In this document: piece by piece, positions 25,640 to 38,686 of the stretch
Numbering within the stretch: the stretch's first letter is position 1
How the letters are laid out: each line of letters begins with the position of its first letter
Assembly: GCA_051362555.1 (NCBI GenBank)
Contig: CM120645.1
Span: 23,898,934 to 23,962,933, forward strand
Source: Lingula anatina
Lineage: Eukaryota; Animalia; Brachiopoda
DNA: 64,000 bases
Reading direction: 5' to 3'
Translations under genes and position numbers: made by a program
Notes under the pieces: model-generated
Told to the model about the DNA's origin: nothing
Seen by the model: only the letters and a program-made list of their open reading frames with translations
Databases searched by the model: none

Positions 25640-26366
25640 GTAAACTATGTGTGAGATAATACACTGTCACCCGAGCGATATATGCCATAATGGCATAATG
25701 GCATGATCATGGCATATATCGCGAGAGGGTGACAGTGTATTATTTGACATACATACCGAGAAAAAATATTCAGTCATTTCATCCTAAAACACCCCTAAAA
25801 CCGAATAAAGTGACCCTATATCACGCTCTAGAGATGTTATACGGAATAAACTTGTCCACGTGCGCTGGTCACCTCCCGCCAAATTCTTACGTAATGTCTG
25901 GTCAATTTTTCCTAAATACTTGTCATGGACGTTCAACAGTGAGCTTAAGTGATAGATACAATACGAGTCGCCGAGCTGTACGTGAAATATTACGAGTGTA
26001 TTGGCGAGCCGCAGGCGAGACAATACACGAGTAATTTTCACGTACAGCTCGGCGACGAGTGTTGTATCTGGCTTAAACCACGGCCTCTGATTGGCTACTA
26101 CACTAGTAGTGCAACAGACCGTGCAGGGCCGTAGCCTCCGGGGGGGCAGGGGGGCAGCTGCCCCCCCTGGGATTTAGAATTTTCCACACTGGTAGGGGGA
26201 CACCCCCTCCCCCCTCGGGGGCTAAGCCCCCTCGCGTCCGCTTACTGCCCCCCCTGGCATTTTGCTCAGGCTACGGCCCTGCCGTGGAACGCACTCGTAC
26301 ATGACGTGCTTGTATGTCGAATACAGCACGGCCGAGTCTTTTGTTCTACGTGCTAGCCGTGGTTTA
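25640..26366. mobile_element. Palindrome-rich non-autonomous element (Crypton-like, tentative)
   Basis: Long internal palindromes at 25656-25743 and 25955-26068, an inverted pair ttaaaccacggc / gccgtggtttaa, and a ctgattggcta motif. No coding capacity. Boundaries approximate. Confidence 0.45.
26124..26281. mobile_element. GC-rich MITE with TIR CAGGGCCGTAGCCT and 5-bp TSD CCGTG, nested in the palindromic element
   Basis: TIRs at both ends. CCGTG at 26119-26123 and 26282-26286. TIR related to the 17258 element. Confidence 0.85.
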
Positions 26367-27240
26367 AATGCTGCTGTGCAAATCCAAAGTATCAGCCACA
26401 AAACAGCCTGCCTGTTAATACCACCCCACGGTATTGGCCATTTGGGGTGCATCATGATAGGAGCTTGCCTGACATGGTATTTCATCAAGTCTATATTTAA
26501 ATGAATTCTAAAATTTTGCTTTGATTGTTGTAAAGTGAGGCACGGGTGCCAACCTGACGTGACAGGCATACAGTGTCTTTATTATCCACATAAAAGAAAT
26601 AGGTAATGACTTCACAAAACGATGTAGCCGTTGTTGACTAGTTTCAGTGTAGATAAGTTGTACTGTTCATCCCAGGTAAGAACGTCGCTAAAAGACGATA
26701 GTTTTCACCCCACCAACTGTTCATTCATTTGTATAAACTGCATATAAATAGGAGGGAAATTATTACCTGCAATTGAGAAGTCAAATTCACTCTTGCTATT
26801 TTGGTGTCTGGTTGTCCAGAATTTCACCCAGATCTTCCCAGCTAGTAGATCAACGGTGGTTTAGGATCATTTAGTTAAAATGTTGGTCTAACTGGGGAGA
26901 AGGGCAAGCAAGGAGTAAAATAGCGTAATTGAATGAGCAGGCCAAGAAAAATAAAACCGTACGTTGTTAAAATTCAGATATTATATATCTATTTTGTTCT
27001 CTGTATAATGTGTGGCGGTTTAGTTTACATATAAAAAACGCCCATATCGTCTATCACGCTTGCCAGTGCTCGTGGTAACGCTAATTGAACGCTGATTCTA
27101 GCTTTTTTATAATTGCATTTAATTTCAATAATGCACTACGCCGCTGTTCAGTTGCCTTTTACTAGTCAACGGAAGAGGTGACAAAAAGATCAAACCAGGG
27201 TAACATTTGAGCGTCTCAATAATCACCGAAAATTAGGGAC

Positions 27241-28441
27241 ATGGTGAGTACAGCAATAATTAATTAATTTGTCACCTGTATAACAACTTAATGGTGTTCG
27301 CCAGAGTAGATACTGCGGTTAGTTTGTTTACTGATGCTATTGTGTTAACACTTAGTCCAGCAAGCTGGAATTAATTTTATTTTTAATAAAAAAAACTAAA
27401 CTCAGGAAAACATCCAGATTCATTAAAAACACATCAGTCTCACAAATTTCTGATTTCTAACCTCAACTGGGAATGCACTGTTCAAACCAGGTGGTGGCCG
27501 GGGGGGAGGGGGGGTGAATATCGTACGCGATTTGTTCCATTATTTTAAACATAAATCTTCACTTTGTAATTAGATGCCCTGTCTAGCCCTGTGTATATCT
27601 TGTGACAGTGTATTAATTAAAGGTGACTCCTTTCTTATCTTTTTAAGGTATTACATCTCTTTTCTCTCCTGTGTTTCTTCGCATTGCCAATGGTGGTGGC
27701 GAGAGAAAGAATGTGGGCTGTCTACACCATGATAAGCAACGGCAGTATGATTCGCAGTGGAAGCCAAGGATTTGCCAGCGATCAGTGGTACAGAATCCAC
27801 CGATATTTTGGTCTAAACAGCATCGCAGCTGAAGGGAGGGAGTTCCTTCAGTTTTTGAAGGAATGGTATGGAATAGACGTGGACGTTGGTGACGATACTT
27901 TGTCAGAGGTTGATCCAACTCCTGTGTTTTTCGAAACCACTGCAGTTAACTTTACTTTTAAAATCCTGAGTCTTCCGCAGTCTGCTAATTTTAGACTTTC
28001 TTCGGAGTCACGTGAGAATGAAGTTCGTTTTTACGATTCACAGATTTTCTTAAATACATGGTTGATTGTGATCAAAAATGAGTTTACTGTATCAGAGGGT
28101 CGAAATCAGGGAATGGTTGTTCCGGCAAATAGTATGATTGGGATACATTATTACAATATAAAACCTGGGCACAAGGGGTTCGAGCTACGTGGAGAAAACC
28201 GTGCTCCAGTTCTTTTAATTCCCATCCCCTTGGGTCAACACACTGATCGGACCGGGTATGACGTCACACAAGGCACGTACTTCGTCTACACTCGGTTGTC
28301 AGAAGTCTCCCCAGACCCGAGTTGGAAGTCGGCGTAATGCGTCGGATCTCTCCTCGCTTCGTGCATGGAAACGAATATCTGAATGATGGTCGAATGGTAG
28401 TCACTTTCTCTTGTAACCGTGCAGATAATCGTCTACCATAG
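27241..28441 (+). pseudogene. Family copy 10 (subfamily C): leader 27241-27243, exon 27648-28441, late frameshift
   Basis: In-frame 9-bp and 12-bp deletions plus a -1 frameshift near 28295. The normal C-terminus (...TFSCNRADNRLP*) is in another frame. Confidence 0.85.
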
Positions 28442-29147
28442 ATTAGCATTTCATACATTGGAAAGTTTTCTTTGGGGCTTATACGAATATATCATTATTT
28501 TGCTTCTATTCCAGCCATTATGATTCCATGAAATTATTTGTAAGGGTGTTGGGCAAAAGAAATAAGCGGTGAGTAAAAAAGCAGTTGCAAGAACACCTGG
28601 GTTGTTTTAAACTCTTGATCAAAAAGTTTATCTTACCTCCAATTCCATACGTTTTTGTTTACAAATAAATAATTAGTTCACTGTTCTGGATGCGCTCTAA
28701 GGTCACGTGTTCAGTAGTGCTTGCAAGTGGGTCGCGCCATATTTGAACCGCGGCTCAGTTAGGCCTGGCTCAACTTGGTTGTGAACACAGCCTTATAAGA
28801 GCAAACCATTGTCTCTACACCAGTTCACTACAGGTGACACCAATTACCTGTACATGAAGATTCATTATCATCATAAATTTTACGGACTTCAGTCGGCTCT
28901 TTGACAAACGTCATTAAAATCACAAACTGTTTAATGGTATTACAACCAAATGGTGTTCTCCAGAATATATACTGTGCTTAGATACTTTACTGATGTAGTG
29001 TACGTGCATAAACATCATTTCAGTTAAAGTGTTCGGCGTCTTGGAACTAAAATGATACAATATCTTTGTAATTAAATGTCTAGTCTTGTCTTGTGTATAT
29101 CTTGTGGACACCGTATTAAGACTAACACTATTTTTTTTCTTTTAAAA

Positions 29148-29523
29148 GTATTGCATCTCATTTCCCTCCTGTGTTTCTTCGCATCTTTTAACATCTTTTA
29201 CATACATGATTTAAAGTCTGCCAAAGCTTGTTTTTATTTGCTTTTTATGAAAACAAAAATATAGCCCATGTAGGTTTCACGGTAAAAAGGTACACTTTTT
29301 TCGGAAAAAAGACCCCCCTTTGTATATGGAACCTGGCGACATAGGGTTCGATCGCAAAATTAAACTACATACAGAAAATCGTGTTCCAACTCTTGTTTTC
29401 CGATCCCGTTGGGTCAACATACTAATCTGACCTGGTATGACGTCACACAAGGGACGTACGCTGTCGTCAACCATCACGTCATCAGTCTGACGAGACCTAA
29501 GTTGGGTGAAAGCGTAGGGCGCG
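29148..29523 (+). pseudogene. Family copy 11 (subfamily A), heavily deleted remnant
   Basis: Acceptor AG mutated to AA. Signal-peptide fragment at 29148-29184 and a copy-1/2-like segment atggaacctggcg...gcgtagggcgcg at about 29326-29523. Confidence 0.8.
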
Positions 29524-29692
29524 AAGCGGAAAGATGTTGTTTTAAGCACCATTTCCTTATGTTACTTGGCAAAAGCACTGTGGGTTTCAAATACTTGATT
29601 AGAGAAAATAGAAAACGTGCATAGCTAACTCCACTTTAGCGACTGCACACGTCTCCCTACATTTGATTTCAAAGATTCATGTTTACGTTCAG

Positions 29693-30046
29693 CTCTCGCT
29701 CACTCCCACTTCTCCCTCTCTCCCCCCCGCCCCCTCTCTTTCTCTCTCGCTCTCGCTCTCTCCCCCCCACTTCTCTCTCTCTCCCCCCCCAATTCTCTCT
29801 CTCTCACCCCCACTTCTCTCTCTCTCTGTCTCCCCCCACCCCTCTCTCTCTCTCTCTCTCTCACCCCCACTTCTCTCTCTCTGTCCCCCCCCCCACACTT
29901 CTCTCTCTCTCTCTCTCTCTCACCCCCACTTCTCTCTCTCTCTCACCCCAGCTTCTCTCTCTCACCCCCACTTCTCTCTCTCTCTCTCTCTCTCTCTCCC
30001 CCCCCCCCCACTTCTCTCTCTCTCTCTCTCTCTCTCATTTTCTCTC
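29693..30046. repeat. Expanded compound (CT)n / ccccacttctctct microsatellite
   Basis: Directly visible. Occupies the same flank position as the shorter CT tracts at 2049, 5601, 11950, 14893 and 34087. Confidence 0.9.
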
Positions 30047-30591
30047 AGTGCCACGCACTAACCCTAGCAAACCAAGGAAGATCTCCCAGAAAATCCGAGT
30101 ATTGCTTCGACGTGTTCGGCAGTTTATCCAAGTGTTCAGTTCTCCTTACCATCTGTCAGATGAAATAAGACAAATTTCTAAACTGATTTCACACATTTGT
30201 CGTCACCAATAACTCATCACGTTTTCAAAAGATACATGAAATATTGAATACAAATAATGCGTTTTGCAGAGAACGTCCTCACTAAAGAAAGGGCCAATCA
30301 CTAAAAAACGGCCAATTATTTTTATTTCTTAAAATTACGTTTCGTTTAAAAGTTACTTAAAGCTTTTCCATTAAATGCACTTAAACCTTTGTTCATACGG
30401 GCTGCTCAAAATTTATATCGTGAAAATCGCATTAAGATAAAGGTACCATTAGCTATTTTTGACTGTATGTAATTTGAACACTTTTCGACGCCGCTGTTCA
30501 GTTGCCGTTCACTAGTCAACCAAAGAGGTGTACCGAGAAGATATAGCCAGGGACAATTTGAGCGTCTCAGTAGTCTCCGATGACATTAAAC

Positions 30592-33212
30592 ATGGAGAGT
30601 ACAGCGACAGAGTTTATCAAATACCCACGAGTACTTTGTCCATTATAAGGCATTTCAACCTGATGACAGCGGTGGACACCGGTGATAAATTCGTCCACTG
30701 GTGCGTTGTAATGCTGTTTTTGACATTCAGTTTAGCAGGCTGTTGGTATTGTACTGTTCGCATTGCCCTCAGATGACTAATTCGAGTTCATCGGAAACTA
30801 AACCCAGCAAAACATTCAGTTTCATTTTGAGCTCTTCAGTCTCACAACATTTTTTTGCTGAACTGGGTACAGGCGCAGGTCTCGTGTGGCTAATGTTTTT
30901 CATAGACTTGCCCCTTGAAAAATTTTAAAGGGTAAATGTAACAATCTGTATCACGACGTTGGAGCCAAAACTGTTGAATATTGATAAATGCGTTGTAAAA
31001 TTAAAATAACAAAAGATAGTCGATAGATCTCTTGAGTGATAAATCAAATTTGTTTGTGTTAAACAGCATGGCCGAGATTCAATCTTTATCAGAACCGACA
31101 ACATTCATTGGCCTTCTCTTTGATGTTCGTTTCGCTTTCCGAAAGATACCAGCCTATATGGAATTATAGCTTCAATAAGCCAAATGGTATTTTTCATAAC
31201 TTTTAAAATATATATATATCTAACTATTTATTTAGTTGCCAACAAGCTGGGTTAACTTGGGGGAGATTTTGCACCTGAGAAAACTGATGAAACTCCCTTA
31301 TTAAATGTTTCGGATGTCTCGCAACAAAATTTAAATTTTTACGTTTGCTTGCAGAAACATAGCCTACATACATTTCGTGGATACTGCATTAAGGTGACTC
31401 TGTTTATTTTTCTTTTTTTTTTTTAATTAATTAATATGTATTTATTTATTTTTTATTTATTTATTTTTATTATTATTATTATTATTTTTATTTTTATTTT
31501 TTTTTTTGTTAAGGTATCGCATCTCTTTCCCCTCCTGTGTTTGTTAGCATTGCCAATGGTGGTGGAGGGAGGAAACTTGCGCATCGTCTACACTATGGCT
31601 AGCCGTGGCAGCAACGATGGCATTCCCAGCCAAGGATTTTCCAACGAAGAATGGTACAAAGTGCACCGATATTTTTTTTTTTTTTTTTTTTTTTTTTTGC
31701 ATTTTTTTATTATTATTAAACATATATAAACACAATACAGCACATTACAAAGAAGACAAACATACGAGAACATGCAATACATCACAGAATCAGAAAGCAC
31801 GTTTCAGTACAAATACAAAACGATACACTACATCAGTACAGTTTTATAACTTAATACAATACATATACTTTTATGGGTGCACAGTCACTGAAATATTATT
31901 TTAATATTGTAGAACGTACAATACAATATACAAAATTCTTCAGTACATTACAGAGTACATTCAAACTGAACAATACGTGAACAAAGCAAGGTGATACTGT
32001 GCACCACTATAAGAACTACAGATATAATAGATTGTGTGTCTTAATATAATATAGTGTATATGCACATTCGTACACACATTTTTCACATACAGCCTCACAC
32101 ATCCGAAGGCGCACGCACACTGTAGTGCACACAAATACTTATAATACAGATGCTCAGTCACTGAAATACTGATCTTATTTTGAGCAAGAAATAAAAATAC
32201 ATATTATAAACAGTATTGTTTTGTTATTCCGCTAATATCTTATCAATATTTAGCCAAATCTGTTGTATGTTAGTTCGTTTCGCTTGAGGATACATGTATA
32301 ATGAGAACCTGGTAATATTTCCATAGCATCTGACATATTGTATTAACCCTACCCAAGTGGGGGGGTCGGATCTGGACCTGCATATGCTTATGTATTTCTT
32401 AGTTATCAATGTAAGTAAATACAGGCCTTCTATCTTGAATTGTTGTACAAGACCAAATAAGAACACTTTGGGATGCCTCTCTATATTCATCTTCATACTT
32501 TCCCTTATAGCATTAATAAGGCAAGTCCAGATATTTTGTACGTATGGACATTCCCAAAAGTGCACCGATATTTTGGTCGACACATGAACGCCAGCATCGC
32601 AGCTGGAGGGAGGAAGTTCCTACAGTTTTTAAACGACTGGTACGGCATCAGTTTGGACGTTGGCGACGATACCTTGTCAGGGGTTGATCCAACCACTATG
32701 TTTCTCGAGCCCGCGGGAGTTCGCGTTATTTTAAGACTCTCGGTCCTACCGGAATACGCTAATTATAGACTTGATTCGGAGTCGCGTGGCAATGAAAGTC
32801 GTTTATACGGTTCCAGAGTTTACAGTGTTGGATGGATGATTTATTTCAGAGATGAGTTTACTGTAACCACGGGCAGAAATCAAGGAATGGTCATTCCAGC
32901 AAGAAGCGCAGTCAGGTCTCGAGTCTATTACATAAAACCCGAGGCAAAGGGCTTCGATAACATAATTAAGCTGCAAACGGAAGATCGCGTTCCATTCTTG
33001 TGCTTCCCATGCCCTTGGGCCAAGACGCCGGGTATGAAACAGGAAGCTACTCTGTCTCCAATCCGCACGTGACCAGTCTCACCAGACCCGAGTTTGGTAT
33101 AGGAAGAATGCGCGGGATCTCCCCTAGGTACAAAAATGGAATCGAATATGTGGTCGACGGTCGAATGGTGTTCACCTTCCACTGTGACAATATGGAAGAT
33201 CATCTGCCATAG
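30592..33212 (+). pseudogene. Family copy 12 (subfamily B): dead donor, L1-type insertion, frameshift
   Basis: Leader reads ATG|GAGAGT (GT lost). Exon starts at 31514. Insertion at about 31672-32556; -1 deletion near 32995; ends at 33212. Confidence 0.9.
31672..32556 (-). mobile_element. 5'-truncated L1/Tx1-clade retrotransposon with poly(A) tail and TSD
   Basis: Poly-T at 31672-31698. TSD aaagtgcaccgata(tttt) at 31658-31671 and 32557-32570. Minus-strand ORF FWECPYVQNIW...LFG...KKYI...W matches the end of the zf-RVT region of L1-type ORF2, followed by a 3' UTR. Confidence 0.85.
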
Positions 33213-35662
33213 ATGAGCTTTTCTTACACTGAAATTTTTCCCGACGGGGTTACACGAACTCATTATTATTTTCTGCTTGGTTTAAAGGTTTAACTTTGAT
33301 GTAATGAAATTTATTGTGTGGGTTGGGAAAGGGAAATATTGGAGGAATAAAGATCTGTTAAAATAAAACTTTGAGTGCACTTATATCAATAATGCCTTCA
33401 CTAAAATAATAACGTTTATCAGTGAGAGAAATTCAATGGGAATTGAATGTGAAACAAGTAAGACAATACAAAAAGACATTAAATCTATTAGAGGAAATTC
33501 TATATTGAAAGCAGAACTAAAAACCCAATTCAATCGTGTAAGGAACGTAACTCTTTTAGATTATAATTTACAATATTTAATAAGATGTTTTCGGCCTTCG
33601 GCATTGTTTTTCCTGTCTAAATTCAACTGCATATTAGGTATCAAATAAAAGCAAATCACCACGTCTGTAAAAGGGACTTCGGTGAGAGATACTCCTTTTC
33701 AACTGAAACCGTGTCAGTTATAAATAAAACCGACATCCATTAATGCAATTAAAGCTTTTGTGGGGGCATCTCACCGGCTTCAGATGATTTAAACTTGACT
33801 AACATGGTGAGAACAGATATAAATAATTTTTGTCCAAATCAAAATGTGCACCTAGAATAGGTCCTAGAGTGAAAAAATAATCGGAGGATTTTAAAATTAA
33901 AATTTTAAGCACCATTTTCTAATTTTACTAGGCCTATATGGCAGTCCGGAAAAATGCCTCATGGCTAACAAATACTACATGATGATCAGAAAATAGATAA
34001 AGTTTATCCCCAGAGTCTAACTACTTTTTATTTAATAGATCCATGTTCATGTGCAGCTCACTTCCGCTTACCCCGCTTACCCCGCCCTCTCTCTCTCTCT
34101 CTCTCTTTCTCGTCCGCTTACCCCTCCCTCTCCCTCTCTCTCCCCCTCCTCTCTTTTTCTCATTTTCTCTCAATGCGAACACTAACCCCAGCAAACCAAG
34201 GAAGATCTCCCAGAAAATTCGAGTATTGCTTCGACGTGTTTATTCAGTTTATTCAGGTGCTCAGTCCTCCTTACTTTCTGTCAGATGAAATAAGGCAAAT
34301 GTCACAACTGATGTTACATCTATTCGTCACCAAGAACTCATCATGCATTTAAAAGATACATAAATAAATGAATGCAAATATTGCGTTTAGCAGAGAATGT
34401 CTTCACTAAAGCAATGTGCAATTTACTCACGACGTCTTCACTAAAGCAATGTGCAATGCACCCAGGACGTCTTCACTAAAGCAATGGCCAATTCACTAAG
34501 GGTGTCTTCACTAAAGCAATGGCTAATTCATTCAGAACGTCTTAATATATATAATAAAAGTCAATTCACTCAATGGGTCTATGCACGATACAAAAAGTCT
34601 GACAACACTTATTGTGTGATGAGATACTGCTAAACAAATACAAAAATATCAGTTATAAAACGGCATGTTTGTTAATATCATCTCACGGTATTGGTAGTTT
34701 GGAGTGTCGTCTTACCAAAGATGTAGTCAGTGGTTGGTTTACAGCTCTGCTGCCTTGTTTAATAAAAGTATTATAGTGTATCCGTTGACTAAATTCATTG
34801 TGACTTTGGTGTACAAATATGGTCATCCCAGGTTAGGACCTCGCTTAATATAAGGTTAAAATAGCTTTCACCCTTTCAATGTCTTATTAATTTGTACATA
34901 CTGGAGGAAGATGGTGGCCTGTCTTTGAAAAGTAAAATACAAAGTTAATTGATATTTTGTTGTTGTTTGGCAATTTTTCTGATTTTCAAAAATGTCCCGT
35001 CTGATGGAAATAAGATGTACTGTTCATCCCAGGTAAAAACGTCGCTAAAAGACCACAGATTTCACCTGTCAACTGCTCATTCAATTGTATAAACTGCATA
35101 TAAATAGGAAGGGAAATTATTACCTGCAACTGAGAAGTCAAATTCACTCTTGCTATTTTGGTGTCTGGTTGTCCAGAATTTCACCCAGATCTTCCCAGCT
35201 AGTTGATCAATAGCGGTTTTGGATCATTCAGTTGAAATTTTGGTCTAGGGGTCCGCCATATAGATAAACGTCCCAATAAAATATTCGTCCCGATAGATAC
35301 GTCTCTATACATTATATACATACACGTCTCAATAGATTTACGTCTCTTTAAATTTACGTTCCGATAGATCCACCAACAGTTTCCTATAAACCTCTATAAA
35401 CATATATATATATATGTTCTCCGTATAGTGCGTGGCGGTTTAGTTTACATATAAAAAACGCCCATATAGTCTATCACGCTTGCCAGTGCTCGTAGTAACG
35501 CTAACAGAACGCTGACATCAACATTTTTTTATAACTGTGTTTTTAAAATTTCAATACTGCACTAAGCCGCTGTTCAGTTGCCTTTTACTAGTCAACCGAA
35601 GAGGTGTAAAGATAAAACCAGGGAAACATTGTGCGTCTCAATAGTCACCGAAAATTCGGAAC

Positions 35663-37021
35663 ATGGTGAGTACAGCATTAATTAATAAAGAGTATGTGAC
35701 CTGTTTTATGGTATTGCAACTTACTTAATGGTGTTCCCCAGAGTGGATGCCGTGGTTAGTTTGTTTACTGATGTGGTGCACGTGCTGTTGTGTTAACATT
35801 TAGTCCAGCAACCTGGAATAAATTTTATTTTTAAAATAAAAAAGAAACTAAACTCAGGAAAACATCCAGGTTCATTAAAAACACATCAGTCTCACAAATT
35901 GTCTGATTTCTAACCTCAACTGGGGATGCACTGTTCAAACCAGGTGGTGCCCGGGGGGGGGGGGGGGGGGGGGGGGGGGGAGGGAGGGGGGGTACGCCAA
36001 ATGATGTTACCGGAAACTAAATTGAGCATTTCATAGAGGGAATAAGGTTAATTGTCACATTTCCAAAACGGTTGAATATCGTACGCGATTTGTTCCAGTA
36101 TTTTAAACATAGATTTTCACTTTGTAATTAGATGCCCTGTCTAGCCCTGTGTATGTCTCGTGACACTGTATTAATTAAAGGTGACTCCCTTCTTATCTTT
36201 TTAAGGTATTGCATCTCTTTTCTTGCCTGTGTTGCTTCGCATTGCCCATGGTGATGGCGGGAGAAAGAATGTGCGCTGTCTACACCATGATAAGCCACGG
36301 CAGTATGATTCTCGATGGAAGCCAAGGATTTCCCAGCGACCAGTGGTACAAAGTACACCGATATTTTGGTCGAAACACGAACGCCAGCATCGAGGCTGAA
36401 GGGAGGAAGTTCCTACAATTTTTAAAGGAATGGTACGGCATCGACGTGGGCGTTGCCGACGATACGTTGTCAGGGGTTGATCCAACTCCTGTGTTCTTCG
36501 AAACCTCTGCAGTAAACTTTACTTTTATAATCATAAGTCTTCCGCAGTCTGCTAATTTTAGACTTTATTCGGAGTCACGTGGCAATGAAGTTCGTTTTTA
36601 CGATTCCCAGATTTGCTATAATGCATGGCTGATCGTGACCAAAAATGAGTTTACTGTAACAGAGGGTCGAAATCAGGGAATGTTCGTCCCGGCAAAAAGT
36701 GTGATTCGGTTTAAAGATTATTATACGAAACCAGGGCGCAAGGGTTTCGACACCGAAATAAAGCTACGTGCAGAAGACCGTGTTCCACTGCTTCGGGTAG
36801 CCATTCCCTTGGGCCAAGACACTAATCTGACCGGATATGACGTCACACTAGGCAAGTACTGCGTCTTCAGTCCGCATGTCACCAGTCTGACCAGGCCAGA
36901 GTTCGGTGACGGCGTAGGACGTGGGGTCCTTCCTCTGTACGTGCACGGAAACGAACATCTGAATGATGGTCGAATGGTAGTCACTTTCTCTTGTAACCGT
37001 GCAGATAATCGCCTGCCATAG
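35663..37021 (+). CDS. Family copy 13 (subfamily C), fully intact: exons 35663-35665 and 36206-37021; 272-aa predicted secreted protein of unknown function
   Basis: ATG|gtgagt ... tttaag|gtattg gives MVLHLFSCLCCFALPMVMAG-ERMCAVY... with a hydrophobic signal peptide, N-glycan sequons NAS/NFT/NLT and an open frame to ...RLP*. Confidence 0.85.
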
Positions 37022-37603
37022 ATGAGCTTTTCATACATTGGAAAGTTTTTTTCGGGGCTTATACGAATATATCATTATTTTGCTTGCATTCGAGTCATTT
37101 TGATTCCATGAAATAATTTGTAAGGGTTGGACAAAATAAAAAATAAAATGAATAATAATGATAATGATAATAATAAGCGGTGAATAAAAGAACATCGGGA
37201 AATTCTGTGTTTTGCAGTGATTAAAACGTTACCACCAACTTGACACACTTAGAATCAGAATTTGCTCGTTTAAGGCCTCTTGTCCATTAGTGCTTTCAAG
37301 TGGCTCAGTTACGTTGTGAACAGAGACATACAAGACCAAACCATTGTGTCTACACCAGTTCACTAAAGGTGACACCAATTACCTTTAACGAACTTATGTT
37401 GTCTCTTTGGCAAGCTTCATTAAAATCACAAAACAAGTATGTGTGAATGATTAGACAAGGTTATGATACTCAATCCTGTGGCGTGTTGATCAGGGTTAAA
37501 GACAATTGTATCTGAAAAAAAAAATTTAACCGTTTTCTTTGAAGGAGAAAACTTACAACCCAATCACACCGAGAACTTAATAAAAGCTTTTCATCCAAGC
37601 AAG

Positions 37604-37829
37604 GGTGCTTTCCCAGAGATTTAGATCGACCTAAAGATTCAGTTTTAGATCGACCTAACTCCCTGGGGGTTCACGCTAAATTGCAGTCAGCCGAGCGGGC
37701 ACCATAGTTAATTACCCCCTTACAGCTTTTAGTAGGCGGGACAGACGCTTAAGATGGCCAAGCGGACAGTAATCTAGTGAGACTCCCCACAGGGATAGAT
37801 CGATCTAAAAATCTATGGAAATGGGGTGC
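37604..37829. mobile_element. Long-TIR MITE (Harbinger/PIF-like), reverse orientation of 54791-55005
   Basis: Inverted ends containing tagatcga; 3-bp flanking repeat AAG. The internal sequence is the reverse complement of the 54791 element. Confidence 0.7.
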
Positions 37830-38686
37830 AAGATATCAAACGCTGAGCAAATGCAAGTTAATTTTGTGTTTAATATGTTGTTTGATACGTATGTGCTCCC
37901 AAAAAGAATAAATCATTTTTATGTTCAATATTGAGTTAATTAAGGGGGTAAAATGTTATCATTCTTCTTATTTTTCTAAATAACTCCAAAAAATATCTGG
38001 ACATATGGTTGCGTATTGCATCATGCAGTGTTTTTAATATATAATGTTTAAAAAATGTGACGCTTTCAATCTTCGTGTTGCATATAATTACAGATACGGG
38101 CAAGCAGGCATGGAAATAACGACTTTCCTGTTGTGTCTACCTGCCAAAAACTGTAAAAAGGTTGTAAGAGAAGATAATGAAGGTAACTATACTGGTTGTA
38201 TAACGACGACGCCTCAAAAAAATATTTTCGGGTTTAATGAAGTTGTACTAGAGGTACCAAAAACATAGTTGAAATGAAAAAGAAAAAAGCTTACTGTTAG
38301 TTGCTTAAGTTTAAGTTCATCGATGAGATGGGGTGAATAGCAAGGAGAAATAGCAAAATTGAATGAGCAGACCAAGAACAATTAAACCGTACGCTTTTAA
38401 AACTCAGTTCATTCTACATATCTTTATATATTTTTTCTCTGTATAGTGTGTGACGGTTTAGTTTATATATAAAAAACGCCCATATCATCTATCACGCGTG
38501 CCAGTGCTCGTAGTAACGCAAACCAAACGCTGACACCAACATTTTTTAAGAACTGTATTTAATTTCAATACTGCACTAAGCCGCTGTTCAGTTGTCCTTT
38601 TTCTGGTCAACCGAAAAGGTGTACCAAGAGATCAAACCAGAGAAACATTTTCAAGAGCGTCTAAATAGTCACCGAAAATTAGGGAC

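Noticed and set aside
29663-30212. Ser/Leu/Pro-rich ORFs (also 9397, 11846, 14850, 34043)
   Set aside because: They are translations of (CT)n microsatellites.
32473-33072. 199-aa ORF suggesting a new L1-derived N-terminus fused to copy 12
   Set aside because: A chance open frame from antisense L1 sequence; the gene has a dead donor and a downstream frameshift.
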